DNA of 64,000 bases from Desulfobacterales bacterium (GCA_963674755.2 CAXXVS010000002.1:288001-352000), one strand, 5' to 3'; numbered from the stretch's first letter, positions 26,746 to 37,871 are shown. Notes: generated from the letters alone by a model not told the origin. Numbers and translations: made by a program.

Positions 26746-28182
26746 TTAAATCTGTTTGCGTTTGTTGGAAGGCAGGACACCAAGGATCTCACGGTATTTG
26801 GCGACCGTTCGACGCGCGATATTGATATTCGCCTCCTTTAGCAGTTTGGCAATTTTATCGTCGCTATACGGTTTGCGCGGGTTTTCGTTGGCAATGATAT
26901 CTTTGATTTTTTGCTGTACGCTGGCCGAAGCGATCTCGCCGCCGTGACTTTTCCGGATCGAACTGTTGAAGAAGTATTTAAGTTCAAAGAGGCCTTGCGG
27001 GGTATAGGCATACTTGTTGGTGGTGACCCGTGAAATGGTCGATTCATGCATTTCGATATCCTGGGCCACGTCCCTGAGCACCATGGGCCTAAGGTGGGCG
27101 ATACCCATTTCGAAAAAGGGGCGCTGATATCGCAAGATGCTTTCCATGACCTTGTAGATCGTTTTTTGCCGCTGGTGAATACTCTTGATGAGCCAAGCGG
27201 CCGAACGCATTTTATCCTGGATGAAACTCTCCGCGTCTCCGGGCAGTTTTTCTCCTTTGGATAAGGACTTTTTATAGAGCGAATTGACTCTCAGTTTGGG
27301 CATGCCGTCATCGTTGAGCACAACCACAAAGTCGTTATCCACTTTATAGACATAAATATCCGGAACGATATACTGCGGCGTTTCATCGCTGAATTGCCGG
27401 CCCGGACGGGGTTCGAGGCTGCGGATGATGTTGACGGCCGCCAGGACATCGTCATATTTTACTTTGAGGGCCCGGCTGATGGCTTTATAATTTTTATTTT
27501 CGAGATGATTGAGATGGTGGTTGACAATCGCGATTACCAGAGGACTGTCGATGCCCAGATGACGGGCCTGGATCTGCAGACATTCGCTGAGGTTGCGCGC
27601 TGCGATGCCGATCGGGTCGAACGTGTGCATCAGAGCTAAGATGTTTTCAACATGCTCGACGGAGACTTGGGCCGTGGCAGCGATATTGTCCACGGATACG
27701 TCCAGATACCCATCTTTGTTGAGGTTGCCGATGATCAGGCTGCCGATTTCACGGTCCTGATCACCCGGCAGACTCATGGCCAACTGCCAGATGAGGTGGT
27801 CGTAAAGCGATTCTTTTTTGGAGACGAACGCTTCGTAACGCGGGGCGTCGCGATTTTCCGACTCGTAGCTGGTGCGCCCCACCGAGTTGTATTCATCCAG
27901 GTAGTTGCTCCAGTCGATATCGTCGGAGATCTTTTCTTCGACCGTGACTTCCTTTGCCGCCGGCTCGCCTTCATACGTGTTTTCCGCCGCCGCTTCTTCT
28001 GTCCGCTCTTCAGGAAGCGTCTCCTGGATCTCTTCCAGGGCGGGATTTTCCTCCAGCTCCTGGTTGATGGTTTCCATAAGCTCCAGCCGCGATAATTGAA
28101 GGAGTTTAATCGCCATCTGGAGCTGTGGCGTCATGATGAGTTGCTGGGTGAGCTTCAGCTGCTGTCTGAGTTCGAGTGCCAT
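26746..28182 (-). CDS. rpoN: RNA polymerase sigma-54 factor
   Basis: TPQLQMAIKLLQL, HESTISR, RpoN box ARRTVAKYRE. Confidence 0.97.
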   Translation of the reverse strand: MALELRQQLKLTQQLIMTPQLQMAIKLLQLSRLELMETINQELEENPALEEIQETLPEERTEEAAAENTYEGEPAAKEVTVEEKISDDIDWSNYLDEYNSVGRTSYESENRDAPRYEAFVSKKESLYDHLIWQLAMSLPGDQDREIGSLIIGNLNKDGYLDVSVDNIAATAQVSVEHVENILALMHTFDPIGIAARNLSECLQIQARHLGIDSPLVIAIVNHHLNHLENKNYKAISRALKVKYDDVLAAVNIIRSLEPRPGRQFSDETPQYIVPDIYVYKVDNDFVVVLNDDGMPKLRVNSLYKKSLSKGEKLPGDAESFIQDKMRSAAWLIKSIHQRQKTIYKVMESILRYQRPFFEMGIAHLRPMVLRDVAQDIEMHESTISRVTTNKYAYTPQGLFELKYFFNSSIRKSHGGEIASASVQQKIKDIIANENPRKPYSDDKIAKLLKEANINIARRTVAKYREILGVLPSNKRKQI

Positions 28183-28183
28183 A

Positions 28184-28906
28184 CTATAAGCGGAATTCGT
28201 CCCCCAAATAAATTTTGCGCGCCGTTTTACTATCGATAATCTTGGCCGGCGGTCCGGATTCGATCACCTGGCCGTTGTTGAGAATATAGGCGCGATCGCA
28301 AACTCCCAAGGTTTCTCTGACATTGTGATCTGATATTAAAACACCAATATCGCGATCCCGCAAGTGTTTGATAATATTTTTAATGTCAATAACAGCCAAC
28401 GGGTCGATCCCGGCGAACGGTTCATCCAGCAGGATGAAGGCCGGGTTGGTCGCCAGGGTGCGTGAAATTTCCAGGCGTCGTTTTTCGCCGCCCGAAAGGA
28501 CAGCGGCTCTTTGGCGTGCCAGACGGGCGATTCCGAGTTCCTCCAACAGCATATCCGCACGCTGGTTCATTTCACGCCGTTTCAGGGGAAGGGTTTCTAA
28601 AATGACCATGAGGTTGTCGCGCACGGTCAATTTGCGAAAAACCGACGTTTCCTGAGGGAGATATCCGATTCCCTTACGGGCCCGGATATACATGGGATCC
28701 AGGGTGACGTCCTCTTCATCAATACGCACCGTCCCCCCATCCGGCGTTACCATTCCCACTGTGAGATAGAAGGTGGTGGTTTTGCCCGCCCCGTTGGGGC
28801 CCAGCAGGCCCACCACCACGCCACTCTCTACGGACATACTTACATCGTTAACGACTTTTCGTCCACTGTAGTTTTTTTTCAGATTTTCGATCGCCAGTAT
28901 GGCCAT
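28184..28906 (-). CDS. lptB: LPS export ABC ATPase
   Basis: GPNGAGKTT, LSGGE, LDEPFAGIDP, YLGDEF. Confidence 0.95.
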   Translation of the reverse strand: MAILAIENLKKNYSGRKVVNDVSMSVESGVVVGLLGPNGAGKTTTFYLTVGMVTPDGGTVRIDEEDVTLDPMYIRARKGIGYLPQETSVFRKLTVRDNLMVILETLPLKRREMNQRADMLLEELGIARLARQRAAVLSGGEKRRLEISRTLATNPAFILLDEPFAGIDPLAVIDIKNIIKHLRDRDIGVLISDHNVRETLGVCDRAYILNNGQVIESGPPAKIIDSKTARKIYLGDEFRL

Positions 28907-28966
28907 AGTGTCGCTTCTAACACCCAAATCGCGGCGGACCGCTTGCGCAACGTTGCATGGCTAGCC

Positions 28967-29551
28967 TCATTTAGAGGTACTGTCGTTGCCGGGGAAAATA
29001 TCCACCTCTACGCGGCCGGGGCGGTCTCCCTCAACAGTAATACTGTCCTGGGTCCTGTAAAGGGTGATCTTGGAGCCGCGAATCGTGTTTTTCCCGTCAA
29101 TGATCGTTGCATTTTCACCCATCAGCGTCAGGGTTCCCTTTTCCGCCGAATAGAGTGCCCGTGCGGATTTGGCCGTCCGACCGTCAAAAAGGATGACAAC
29201 GTGGCCTTCGGCCTCGATGTCGCGAATGCGCGAGGCACCATCCGGGGATGCCCCCTGACCGCCGCCGTTATTTTTGTACCAGACCTTGAGGCGTTCGGAA
29301 GTAATCTCCGTCGATCCCTGGATCACTTTCACGTTTCCCTTGAACAGAAAAGTTTGGTTGCGGTTGTCTACCTCCAGCGTATCGGAGGTGATCTTGATCG
29401 GCTCTTTGTTGTCCAAGGGGGTTGTCAGCGGACGCTCCTGGGCCGGGGAGGTTCCCGTGAGCAGCATTACCAGAAGGAAGGCCCCCGGCAGCAAGGCATA
29501 GCGTGCAACGCGTCTAAAAAAGTGGTGTGTCGTATCCACGTAAAACCCCAT
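28967..29551 (-). CDS. lptA: LPS transport periplasmic protein LptA
   Basis: PIKITSDTL, FKGNVKVIQG OstA-like fold; lies between lptC and lptB. Confidence 0.85.
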   Translation of the reverse strand: MGFYVDTTHHFFRRVARYALLPGAFLLVMLLTGTSPAQERPLTTPLDNKEPIKITSDTLEVDNRNQTFLFKGNVKVIQGSTEITSERLKVWYKNNGGGQGASPDGASRIRDIEAEGHVVILFDGRTAKSARALYSAEKGTLTLMGENATIIDGKNTIRGSKITLYRTQDSITVEGDRPGRVEVDIFPGNDSTSK

Positions 29552-30092
29552 TTACGGCGCCCTGCAGCAGGGCGGTTTCCGATGCGAGATCGACCGACAT
29601 TCGGTCGGCGTGCAATTCGATGCCCCGCCCGGTGATCGTCACCGGCACGGGAATGTCGATTTTCCGGTGGCCGTTGTCGTACCGAATTTCCTGGGTCGCG
29701 AGTTTGTAATCGGCTTCCTCGACCGTGACGTCACCGGAAATCGTAATATTATTCGTATCGGTCTTGAGACGACCCTCTCGACCTTTTACCACTGCTTCCC
29801 GGTTGTTTTCCAGAAAGAAAATGACCCGCACATCGTTAAAGAGGGCCTCTTTGGTGTCGTCGCGGTAGTTGGCGGAGGCGGCCTCCAAACTCCATTCCTT
29901 GCGACCGTCCTTAACGGAGGTGTGCCGGATTTGGCCGATGGCGATATCCGTCCCCTCAGGGATGGCTTCCACCAGTTTGGCCGGATTGTCCGAAAACTCC
30001 CGGTACTTTATGAAAACGGTGACCAGCAAGCCGAACATCAAGACAATGCCGATCACGAGAATTCTGATCAATGTCCGTTTGGTAAACAACAT
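29514..30092 (-). CDS. lptC: LPS export protein LptC
   Basis: N-terminal TM helix, WSLEAASA, beta-jellyroll pattern; operon position. Confidence 0.85.
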   Translation of the reverse strand: MLFTKRTLIRILVIGIVLMFGLLVTVFIKYREFSDNPAKLVEAIPEGTDIAIGQIRHTSVKDGRKEWSLEAASANYRDDTKEALFNDVRVIFFLENNREAVVKGREGRLKTDTNNITISGDVTVEEADYKLATQEIRYDNGHRKIDIPVPVTITGRGIELHADRMSVDLASETALLQGAVNGVLRGYDTPLF

Positions 30093-30417
30093 AACCCCGT
30101 TACGGCCCGGTCGATGGTCGCGGTGGCATCGGGATGCGCACGCATGGTCGAGAAACGGCAGGGGGCGCTTCCAAGCCGCAGTCCTTAATATCATATTCCC
30201 GCAGGGAAGGGGGGCCAGGGTTTCGATGGCACCGGATGATGGCTTACCCGAGCAATTTTCCCGTGGCGCACAACCCCCTGCGGGGGGCCGAAAAGCAGTC
30301 GAGGCTCATTTAGCGCGGGGTTCGGCAAAAGTCAAGAATCGAAACTTTGCCTTGATTATCGATACGTTACCTGTTAGCCTTACGCCTTGATTTTAACCCT
30401 CAAAGAGTGAGAACGAC

Positions 30418-31812
30418 GTGAAATCGAAACGGAAATTCACATTGCGCTGGGCGCTTTTGGCGCTGCTCCTGGTGCCGGTGATTGTATTGGGATTTGTTCT
30501 GATGGTGCGGTTGGAAGGCCATGCCCCACAAGTGACGCATAACATGACAACCCCGTTTGTGGGGGCGCCGCGGGAAATTCTCCTGGATATTGCGGAGCGG
30601 GGCAGCGGCTTGCAAAGCATTCAGGTGTTCGTTTCACAGAATGGACGCGAAACCCTGCTGGAGGATGTCCACTTCAAGGGGTCCATGCTATGGGCCGGCA
30701 GCGGGGTGACCTCCCATCATCTTGCCTTCATCCTCGACCCCCGGGCGTTGTCCCTTAAGGAGGGGGATGCCCAGATGCGCATCGAAGTCCGTGATTTTTC
30801 TTGGCGCAACTGGTGGCACGGCAATCTGACGGTGGAAGACCTGCCGCTGGTGGTCGACACCCAGGCCCCCCAAATCGAAGTGCTCAGCCGGTTGCATTAT
30901 GTCAACCAGGGCGGCAGCGGGGTCGTGGTCTACCGGTTATCGGAGACTTGCCCCACCCACGGGATCATGGTGGGGGACCACTTTTACCCGGGGTCTCCGG
31001 CTGGCGGCAAGGATCCCCAACGGATGATCGCTTTTTTTGCGGTGCCCTACGATCAGGGGACAGGTACACCCGTTCGTGCAACGGCGACCGATCTGGCGGG
31101 CAATCAGACCCAGATGGGGTTCCATTGTCGCATCCGCGGCAAATCCTTTCGACAGGATGTTCTCAACATCTCCGCCGACTTCATCCGGGATAAAATGCTG
31201 CCGCTCCTGGTGGCCGAGGGAGGAGGGGACGCCAACGAAACCGATCTGCAAAAAATCTTTTTGGCCGTTAATCGCACCATGCGGCAGGCCAACTACGAAA
31301 CCCTGACCCGGCTGGGGCGCCAGTCCGTACCCGAACGGATGTGGGAAGGAAGGTTTATGCGCCTGCCCAAAGCAGCCAATCGGGCCCAGTTTGCGGATCA
31401 CCGCGTTTACCGGTTCAACGGCGCCGAGATCGATCGCCAGGTGCATCTGGGGGCCGATTTGGCCTCCATCGAGCAGGCGCCGGTTCCGGCCGCCAACAAC
31501 GGACGGGTGGTGTTCGCGGATAAGGTGGGAATTTACGGCAACACGGTCGTTCTCGATCACGGCTTGGGGTTGTTCAGTCTTTACTCCCATCTGAGTTCCA
31601 TCGCTGTGAAAGCGGGGGACCAGGTGAAGAAGGGCGCCATCATCGCCCACACCGGTGCTACCGGCCTGGCGGCCGGGGATCACCTGCATTTCGGCATGAT
31701 GGTCCACGACACCTTCGTCAATCCGGTCGAATGGTGGGATGATCACTGGATCAAGGACAATATCCTCGCCAAATTAAAGCTGGCAGGAGATGCCGGCGGA
31801 GAGCAAAACTAG
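30418..31812 (+). CDS. M23-family peptidoglycan metallopeptidase
   Basis: HLGAD, YGN, YSHL, GDHLHF. Confidence 0.9.
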   Translation: MKSKRKFTLRWALLALLLVPVIVLGFVLMVRLEGHAPQVTHNMTTPFVGAPREILLDIAERGSGLQSIQVFVSQNGRETLLEDVHFKGSMLWAGSGVTSHHLAFILDPRALSLKEGDAQMRIEVRDFSWRNWWHGNLTVEDLPLVVDTQAPQIEVLSRLHYVNQGGSGVVVYRLSETCPTHGIMVGDHFYPGSPAGGKDPQRMIAFFAVPYDQGTGTPVRATATDLAGNQTQMGFHCRIRGKSFRQDVLNISADFIRDKMLPLLVAEGGGDANETDLQKIFLAVNRTMRQANYETLTRLGRQSVPERMWEGRFMRLPKAANRAQFADHRVYRFNGAEIDRQVHLGADLASIEQAPVPAANNGRVVFADKVGIYGNTVVLDHGLGLFSLYSHLSSIAVKAGDQVKKGAIIAHTGATGLAAGDHLHFGMMVHDTFVNPVEWWDDHWIKDNILAKLKLAGDAGGEQN

Positions 31813-31919
31813 GGCGGCCCTGGCGGCTGACGCCCATCCGGATCACAACGCCGCCGCGCTTTTCTGCCGCGGGAAAGCACAAGGCGGATACGAGGAGCGT
31901 TGGCCGTGGATATTTTATT

Positions 31920-32160
31920 TAGTGCCTATCCAGAGATGGCATCTTTTGGCCCCTGGCCCGCCGCCGGTGGACCAAATCCACCTTTGGCAGACAAGCTGGC
32001 GTTCGCGCCTCCTGTCGGTCCTCGGCGTAGCCCGAGCTACGCCTGTGGGCGCCAGTCGGCTGTGCTTTGTTGAACACCGATGTGTTACAGATCAGGCGTG
32101 AAATCCCGCGCTGTACGGCGGGACCAGGAACCAAAATCTGCCATCTCTGGATGGGCACTA
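31920..32160. mobile_element. MITE-like element (~241 bp, ~45-bp imperfect terminal inverted repeats, TA at both ends)
   Basis: TAGTGCCTATCCAGAGATGGCA...CCCGCCG vs CGGCGGG...TGCCATCTCTGGATGGGCACTA; internal hairpin GGCGTAGC-CCGA-GCTACGCC. Confidence 0.85.
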
Positions 32161-32188
32161 TTTAAGGTGAAAGGGATGTCACATTAGC

Positions 32189-33358
32189 ATGCGCAACCAT
32201 AAGGTCACCAAAACTTACGCGGAAATCAATCAGAAGATCAAAGCCGGCGATATTGTCGTGGTGACGGCCGAGGAAATGATCGATATCGTTCGTGACGAAG
32301 GCCCCGAAGAGGCGGCCCGCCATGTGGATGTCGTGACGACCGGAACTTTCGCGCCCATGTGCTCTTCCGGTGCGTTCATCAATTTCGGGCATGCCACCCC
32401 GGGAATCAGAGCCAACCGGGTGTGGCTGAACAATGTGCCCGCCTACGGGGGGATTGCCGCCGTGGATTGCTATCTCGGGGCCACAGAGCTTTGTGAAGAC
32501 GATCCCCTCAACCATGTCTATCCGGGGGAATTCCGTTACGGTGGCGGTCATGTCATTCAGGATCTGGTGGCCGGCAAGTCCGTCCATCTGAAGGCTACTA
32601 GCTACGGGACCGACTGCTATCCCCGCAAGCATCTGGAAAAGGAAGTGACCCTGAAAGACCTGCCTTACGCGGCCCTGTTCAACCCGCGCAACGGCTACCA
32701 GAACTACAATTGCGCCGTCAATCTTTCCAACAAGACGATTTACGCCTATATGGGAACCCTCAAACCCCGTGCGGCCAATGCCAACTTCTGCTCGGCCGGT
32801 CAGCTGAGTCCCCTGTTCAACGACCCCTATTACAAGACCATCGGCATCGGTACACGCATTTTCCTGGGGGGCGGGATCGGCTACGTGACCGGGGCGGGGA
32901 CCCAGCACAAACCTTCCGCCCCGCGTACCCCCAAGGGAGTCCCCGTCACCCCGGCCGGCACCATCAGTGTCATGGGTGATATGAAGCAAATGAGCCCCAA
33001 GTGGCTTGTGGGGGCCAGTATCCAGGGCTACGGCTGTTCCCTCTCGGTGGGCCTGGGGATACCGATTCCCGTCTTAAACGAGGAGATGGCCGCTTACACG
33101 GCGGTATCCGACGAGGACCTTTTTACCCCGATTGTCGATTACAGCCACGACTATCCCAATGCAACCGGCAAGACCCTGGGGCAGGCCAGCTATGCCCAAT
33201 TGCGGCAGGGCACCATCGAACTTGAAGGCAAAACGGTCCAGACCGTGCCCCTTTCCAGCCTGGTGCGCGCCCGGGAGATTGCCGCGCTGTTGAAAGACTG
33301 GATCCTAAAAGGCAAATTTTTCATCGGGGAGCCCCAGGCCACGCTGCCGTCCAATTGA
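32189..33358 (+). CDS. Homocysteine biosynthesis protein (DUF39/COG1900, L-aspartate semialdehyde sulfurtransferase family)
   Basis: VDVVTTGTFAPMCSSGA, YGGGHVI, NPRNGYQNY, LSPLFNDP. Confidence 0.85.
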   Translation: MRNHKVTKTYAEINQKIKAGDIVVVTAEEMIDIVRDEGPEEAARHVDVVTTGTFAPMCSSGAFINFGHATPGIRANRVWLNNVPAYGGIAAVDCYLGATELCEDDPLNHVYPGEFRYGGGHVIQDLVAGKSVHLKATSYGTDCYPRKHLEKEVTLKDLPYAALFNPRNGYQNYNCAVNLSNKTIYAYMGTLKPRAANANFCSAGQLSPLFNDPYYKTIGIGTRIFLGGGIGYVTGAGTQHKPSAPRTPKGVPVTPAGTISVMGDMKQMSPKWLVGASIQGYGCSLSVGLGIPIPVLNEEMAAYTAVSDEDLFTPIVDYSHDYPNATGKTLGQASYAQLRQGTIELEGKTVQTVPLSSLVRAREIAALLKDWILKGKFFIGEPQATLPSN

Positions 33359-33412
33359 CGGTCCCTTTGTTTGTCACAGGGCGTGCAGGGGATGCCGGGG
33401 AGTTAGGTCCAC

Positions 33413-33988
33413 ATGCCGGAAGATTATCGCGCTTTTGTCGCCTTGACCCTGCCCGAGGCGTTGCGGGAATACCTGCAAGGCGTGCAGCGCTGTTTGTCGG
33501 ACAATGGCGTGCGGGCCCGCTGGGTGCGGCCGGCGAGCATGCACCTGACGCTGAAGTTTTTAGGGCAATTGCCGTTGGACCAAGTTACGGCGGTAATTGA
33601 AACACTTGATAAGGTGGCTGAGGATTGCCCGCCATTACAGCTAACGGCGGCAGGGCTGGGCGGGTTTCCCCATCTGCAGCGCGCGCGCGTTCTGTGGATG
33701 GGGATCGGTGGGGATCACCAACGGCTGCACGATTTGCAGCAAGCGGTCGACGCCGCCCTCGCCAACTTGGGCTGGCCCCAGGAGAAGCGTCCCTTTCAGG
33801 GGCACCTGACGCTGGCCCGCACCAAAGGGCGGCGGCCGCTGGAGAAAGGCGTCGGTGACATGATGACCCCGTGTGCGCCCCGGGAGGCCATGGCCTTTAA
33901 GGCCGACCGCCTGACCCTTTTCCACAGCCGCCTGCTACCAGACGGCGCGGTCCACGACAAACTCAAGGAGTGGGTCCTATCAGATTAA
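33413..33988 (+). CDS. thpR: RNA 2',3'-cyclic phosphodiesterase (2H family)
   Basis: Two HxT motifs (HLTLKFLG, HLTLAR); upstream of recA. Confidence 0.9.
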   Translation: MPEDYRAFVALTLPEALREYLQGVQRCLSDNGVRARWVRPASMHLTLKFLGQLPLDQVTAVIETLDKVAEDCPPLQLTAAGLGGFPHLQRARVLWMGIGGDHQRLHDLQQAVDAALANLGWPQEKRPFQGHLTLARTKGRRPLEKGVGDMMTPCAPREAMAFKADRLTLFHSRLLPDGAVHDKLKEWVLSD

Positions 33989-34146
33989 GACCAAAATTGA
34001 CCGTGGCGGGAGCTTCCTTTGCTCCCCATATCCTGTCGACCCATCCCTGGCAATGAACCCCCCAGGGACGGCGGGATATTTTTTTACCAGCCGTTGTACC
34101 GTAACCGACACGAAGCCTTGTGCGGTCTTCACACCAGGAGGTTGAT

Positions 34147-35178
34147 ATGGCGACTTCACCAGATAAGGAAAAAGCGGTAAACTCGGCCATGACGCAGATC
34201 GAACGCCAGTTCGGCAAGGGCGCCATCATGCGTCTCGGCTCACAGGCAGTAGTCCAGGTGCCGGCCGTGTCGAGCGGCTCCCTGGCCCTTGACAAGGCCC
34301 TGGGTATCGGCGGACTGCCCCGGGGGCGGGTGATCGAGATCTATGGCCCGGAATCCAGCGGCAAGACGACCCTGGCCCTGCATGCCGTGGCCGAATTCCA
34401 GCGGCTGGGCGGCATTGCCGCTTTCATTGATGCCGAACACGCGTTGGACACCACCTATGCCCGCAATCTGGGCGTCAATTGCGACGAATTGCTCGTCTCC
34501 CAGCCTGACACAGGGGAGCAGGCCCTGGAAATTGCCGATATGCTCGTACGCAGCGGGGCGGTGGATATCATTGTGATCGACTCGGTGGCGGCCCTGGTAC
34601 CGCGGGCGGAAATCGAAGGCGAAATGGGTGACGCCCACATGGGGCTCCAAGCGCGCCTTATGTCCCAGGCCTTGCGTAAACTGACCGGTACTATTGGCAA
34701 AACCAAGACGGCCCTCATTTTTATCAACCAGATCCGCATGAAAATCGGTATCGTCTTCGGCAATCCGGAAACGACCACGGGCGGCAATGCCCTCAAGTTC
34801 TACGCCTCTCTGCGTCTCGACATCCGGCGCACGGGCGCCATCAAGGAAGGTCAGGAAGTCACCGGCAGCCGCACCCGGGTGCGGGTGGTGAAAAACAAAC
34901 TGGCCCCCCCCTTTCAGGAAGCTGAATTCGATATCATCTACGGCGAAGGTATCTCCAAGACTGGTGAAATCCTGGATGTCGGCGTGGAATGCGGCCTCAT
35001 CGATAAGAGCGGGTCATGGTATTCTTACAACGGCGAGCGCATCGGACAGGGGCGCGCGAACGTCAAAACCTTTTTCGCGGAGAACGAGGATATTTATACC
35101 GAAGTCTTGAAACGTATCCGCCAGAAGCTGGGCTTCGAGAAAGCACCGGAAGAAGAAGGCGCGCCGGCCAAGGAATGA
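34147..35178 (+). CDS. recA: Recombinase RecA
   Basis: [23 protein letters not shown]. Confidence 0.98.
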   Translation: MATSPDKEKAVNSAMTQIERQFGKGAIMRLGSQAVVQVPAVSSGSLALDKALGIGGLPRGRVIEIYGPESSGKTTLALHAVAEFQRLGGIAAFIDAEHALDTTYARNLGVNCDELLVSQPDTGEQALEIADMLVRSGAVDIIVIDSVAALVPRAEIEGEMGDAHMGLQARLMSQALRKLTGTIGKTKTALIFINQIRMKIGIVFGNPETTTGGNALKFYASLRLDIRRTGAIKEGQEVTGSRTRVRVVKNKLAPPFQEAEFDIIYGEGISKTGEILDVGVECGLIDKSGSWYSYNGERIGQGRANVKTFFAENEDIYTEVLKRIRQKLGFEKAPEEEGAPAKE

Positions 35179-35234
35179 CCGCACGACGTACGGCGAAATG
35201 ACCGTTTCCGGGTGAAGACCAAGGAGATTGAGCT

Positions 35235-37871
35235 ATGACGGGAAACGAAGCACGGCAAACCTTTCTGGACTTTTTTGCCAAACACCATCACCAAAAAGTA
35301 CGCAGTTCTTCCCTGGTGCCGACGGACGACCCGACGCTGCTGTTTACCAATGCCGGCATGGTCCAGTTCAAGCGCACCTTTCTGGGCGAAGAAAAACGGT
35401 CATACAGCCGTGCCGTGACATCGCAGAAATGCGTGCGCGCCGGAGGAAAACACAACGATCTGGAGAACGTCGGCTATACGGCGCGTCACCATACGTTCTT
35501 CGAGATGCTGGGCAATTTCTCCTTCGGTGACTACTTCAAGGAGAAGGCCATCGAATTCGCCTGGGACTTGCTGACCAACGGCTACGGTCTGCCGGCGGAT
35601 AAACTCTGGGTCTCGATCTATCTCGATGACGACGAGGCCCACGACCTCTGGCGCAGCCTGGTGGGGGTGCCCGAAGATCGCATCGTGCGTCTGGGGGAGA
35701 AAGACAACTTCTGGGCCATGGGCGACACGGGTCCCTGCGGCCCCTGTTCGGAGATTCATCTGGACCGCGGCGGCGTCTGCGGGCTGAACAATCCCAACTG
35801 TGGTGTGGACTGTGATTGCGACCGTTTTCTCGAGATCTGGAACCTGGTCTTCATGCAGTTCAACCGGGACGCCGCCGGCAAGATGGAACCCTTGCCCAAA
35901 CCCAGTATCGATACGGGGCTGGGCCTGGAGCGGATCGCTTCCGTCCTGCAGAACGTGGCCTCCAACTTCGATACGGACCTGATTTTTCCGATCATCAAGC
36001 GTACGGAAGAACTGTCCGGCCGGTCGGTGAACGAATCCGTCACCACCGAGGTCGCCATGAAAGTGATTGCCGATCACAGCCGGGCGGCGGCCTTCCTTAT
36101 CGGGGACGGTGTTCTGCCTGCCAACGAAGGGCGTGGCTATGTGCTGCGGCGCATCATGCGACGGGCCATCCGTTATGGGCGCAACATCGGTCTGAACAAG
36201 CCCTTTCTGCATGATACGGCCCGGGCGGTCATGGCGATTATGAAGCCGGCCTACCCGGAACTGACGGAAGCCGAGGCCTATATCACCAGCGTGATCGAAA
36301 ATGAAGAGGTGCGCTTTTCCGAAACCCTCGACCACGGTCTGCGGGTGTTGAACGATTCTCTGGAGGAATTGCGGGCCCAGGGCGAACGCGTGGTGCCGGG
36401 CCAGGTGATCTTCAAGCTTTACGACACCTTCGGATTCCCGGTGGATATCGTGCGCGACGTGGTGCGCGACGAGGGCCTGACGCTGGACATGGACGGGTTC
36501 GATGCGGCCATGGACCGCCAGCGCGAGCAGTCGCGCTCGGTGGCCGCCTTCAGTGCCACCAGCGAAGCCTATCGGACGCTTTCTGCCGAAGGCCTCAAAC
36601 CCGAATTCAAGGGCTACGACGGGTTGACAACTGACAGCCGCGTGTTGCTGCTGGTCAAGGACGGCCATGAGGTGGACGCGGTGTCGGTCGGCGATACGGT
36701 GGAAATCGTGGCCGGGGCCACTCCCTTTTACGGGGAAGCCGGCGGGCAGACCGGCGACGTCGGGGCCATCACTTCATCAGAAGGTGACGGCTTGCAGGTG
36801 GACATCCAGAACACGGTGAAGGATCCCACCGGATTGATTATTCACAAGGGACGCGTCCGCAAAGGCCGTATCGCCAAGAACGACCCGATCCGGTTGACGG
36901 TGGATGCCCGGGCGCGTCAGGCCACGGCCCGCAACCACACGGCCACCCATATCCTGCATGCCGTCCTGCGGGAGATCCTGGGCGACCACGTCAAACAGGC
37001 CGGCTCCCTGGTGTCGCCGGATCGCCTGCGGTTCGACTTCACCCATTTTTCACCCATCGAACCGCCAACCCTGACGGCTATCGAAACCCGGGTGAACGAA
37101 CGCATCCTGCGCAATGTGCCGGCCCATACGGAGGAGATGGACGCCGAGCAGGCCTTTCAATCCGGCGCGACGGCCCTGTTCGAAGAGAAATACGGAGACC
37201 GGGTGCGGGTGGTCTCCCTGGCCGATTTCAGCAAGGAATTATGCGGTGGCACCCATGTGGCGCGCACGGGCGATATCGGACTCTTCAAGATCGCCGGCGA
37301 ATCCAGCGTGGCCGCGGGGGTGCGCCGCATCGAGGCCCTGACCGGAATCGCGGCCCTGCAGCATGTCCAGGAGACGGAAGCGGCGCTTCAGGCGGCGGCC
37401 CATCACCTGAAAGATACCCCTCAAAATGTCACCGAACGGATCGACAAGCTGCTGGGGGAGCAAAAGACCCTGGAAAAAGAGGTGGCCCGTCTCAAGTCGG
37501 CCCTGGCTACGCAATCGGTGGCCGAAGCGGACGGCGATGTGGAACTGGTGGATGGCGTGAAAGTCCTGGCACGCCGTGTCGAGGTGGACAATCCGGCTGA
37601 TTTGCGGGATATGGTCGACCGCTTCCGGGATAAGTTGGCCTCGGGCATTGTGGTCCTGGGGGCGGCCAATGGCGGCAAGGCGCTGTTGATCGTCGGACTC
37701 ACCCCGGATCTGACCGGGCGCCATCATGCCGGCAAGATCGTCAAATCACTGGCGGCCATCGTGGGCGGCGGCGGGGGCGGCAAACCCGACCTGGCCCAGG
37801 CCGGGGGCAGCCGGCCGGAGAAGCTGGACGAAGCCATTGCCCGGGCCGCCGAACTGATCGCGCAAAGCTGA
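35235..37871 (+). CDS. alaS: Alanine--tRNA ligase
   Basis: NAGMVQFK, HHTFFEMLGNFSFGDYFK, ELCGGTH. Confidence 0.98.
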   Translation: MTGNEARQTFLDFFAKHHHQKVRSSSLVPTDDPTLLFTNAGMVQFKRTFLGEEKRSYSRAVTSQKCVRAGGKHNDLENVGYTARHHTFFEMLGNFSFGDYFKEKAIEFAWDLLTNGYGLPADKLWVSIYLDDDEAHDLWRSLVGVPEDRIVRLGEKDNFWAMGDTGPCGPCSEIHLDRGGVCGLNNPNCGVDCDCDRFLEIWNLVFMQFNRDAAGKMEPLPKPSIDTGLGLERIASVLQNVASNFDTDLIFPIIKRTEELSGRSVNESVTTEVAMKVIADHSRAAAFLIGDGVLPANEGRGYVLRRIMRRAIRYGRNIGLNKPFLHDTARAVMAIMKPAYPELTEAEAYITSVIENEEVRFSETLDHGLRVLNDSLEELRAQGERVVPGQVIFKLYDTFGFPVDIVRDVVRDEGLTLDMDGFDAAMDRQREQSRSVAAFSATSEAYRTLSAEGLKPEFKGYDGLTTDSRVLLLVKDGHEVDAVSVGDTVEIVAGATPFYGEAGGQTGDVGAITSSEGDGLQVDIQNTVKDPTGLIIHKGRVRKGRIAKNDPIRLTVDARARQATARNHTATHILHAVLREILGDHVKQAGSLVSPDRLRFDFTHFSPIEPPTLTAIETRVNERILRNVPAHTEEMDAEQAFQSGATALFEEKYGDRVRVVSLADFSKELCGGTHVARTGDIGLFKIAGESSVAAGVRRIEALTGIAALQHVQETEAALQAAAHHLKDTPQNVTERIDKLLGEQKTLEKEVARLKSALATQSVAEADGDVELVDGVKVLARRVEVDNPADLRDMVDRFRDKLASGIVVLGAANGGKALLIVGLTPDLTGRHHAGKIVKSLAAIVGGGGGGKPDLAQAGGSRPEKLDEAIARAAELIAQS

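Noticed and set aside
34060..34140. LexA box upstream of recA
   Set aside because: No convincing match to LexA motifs I know
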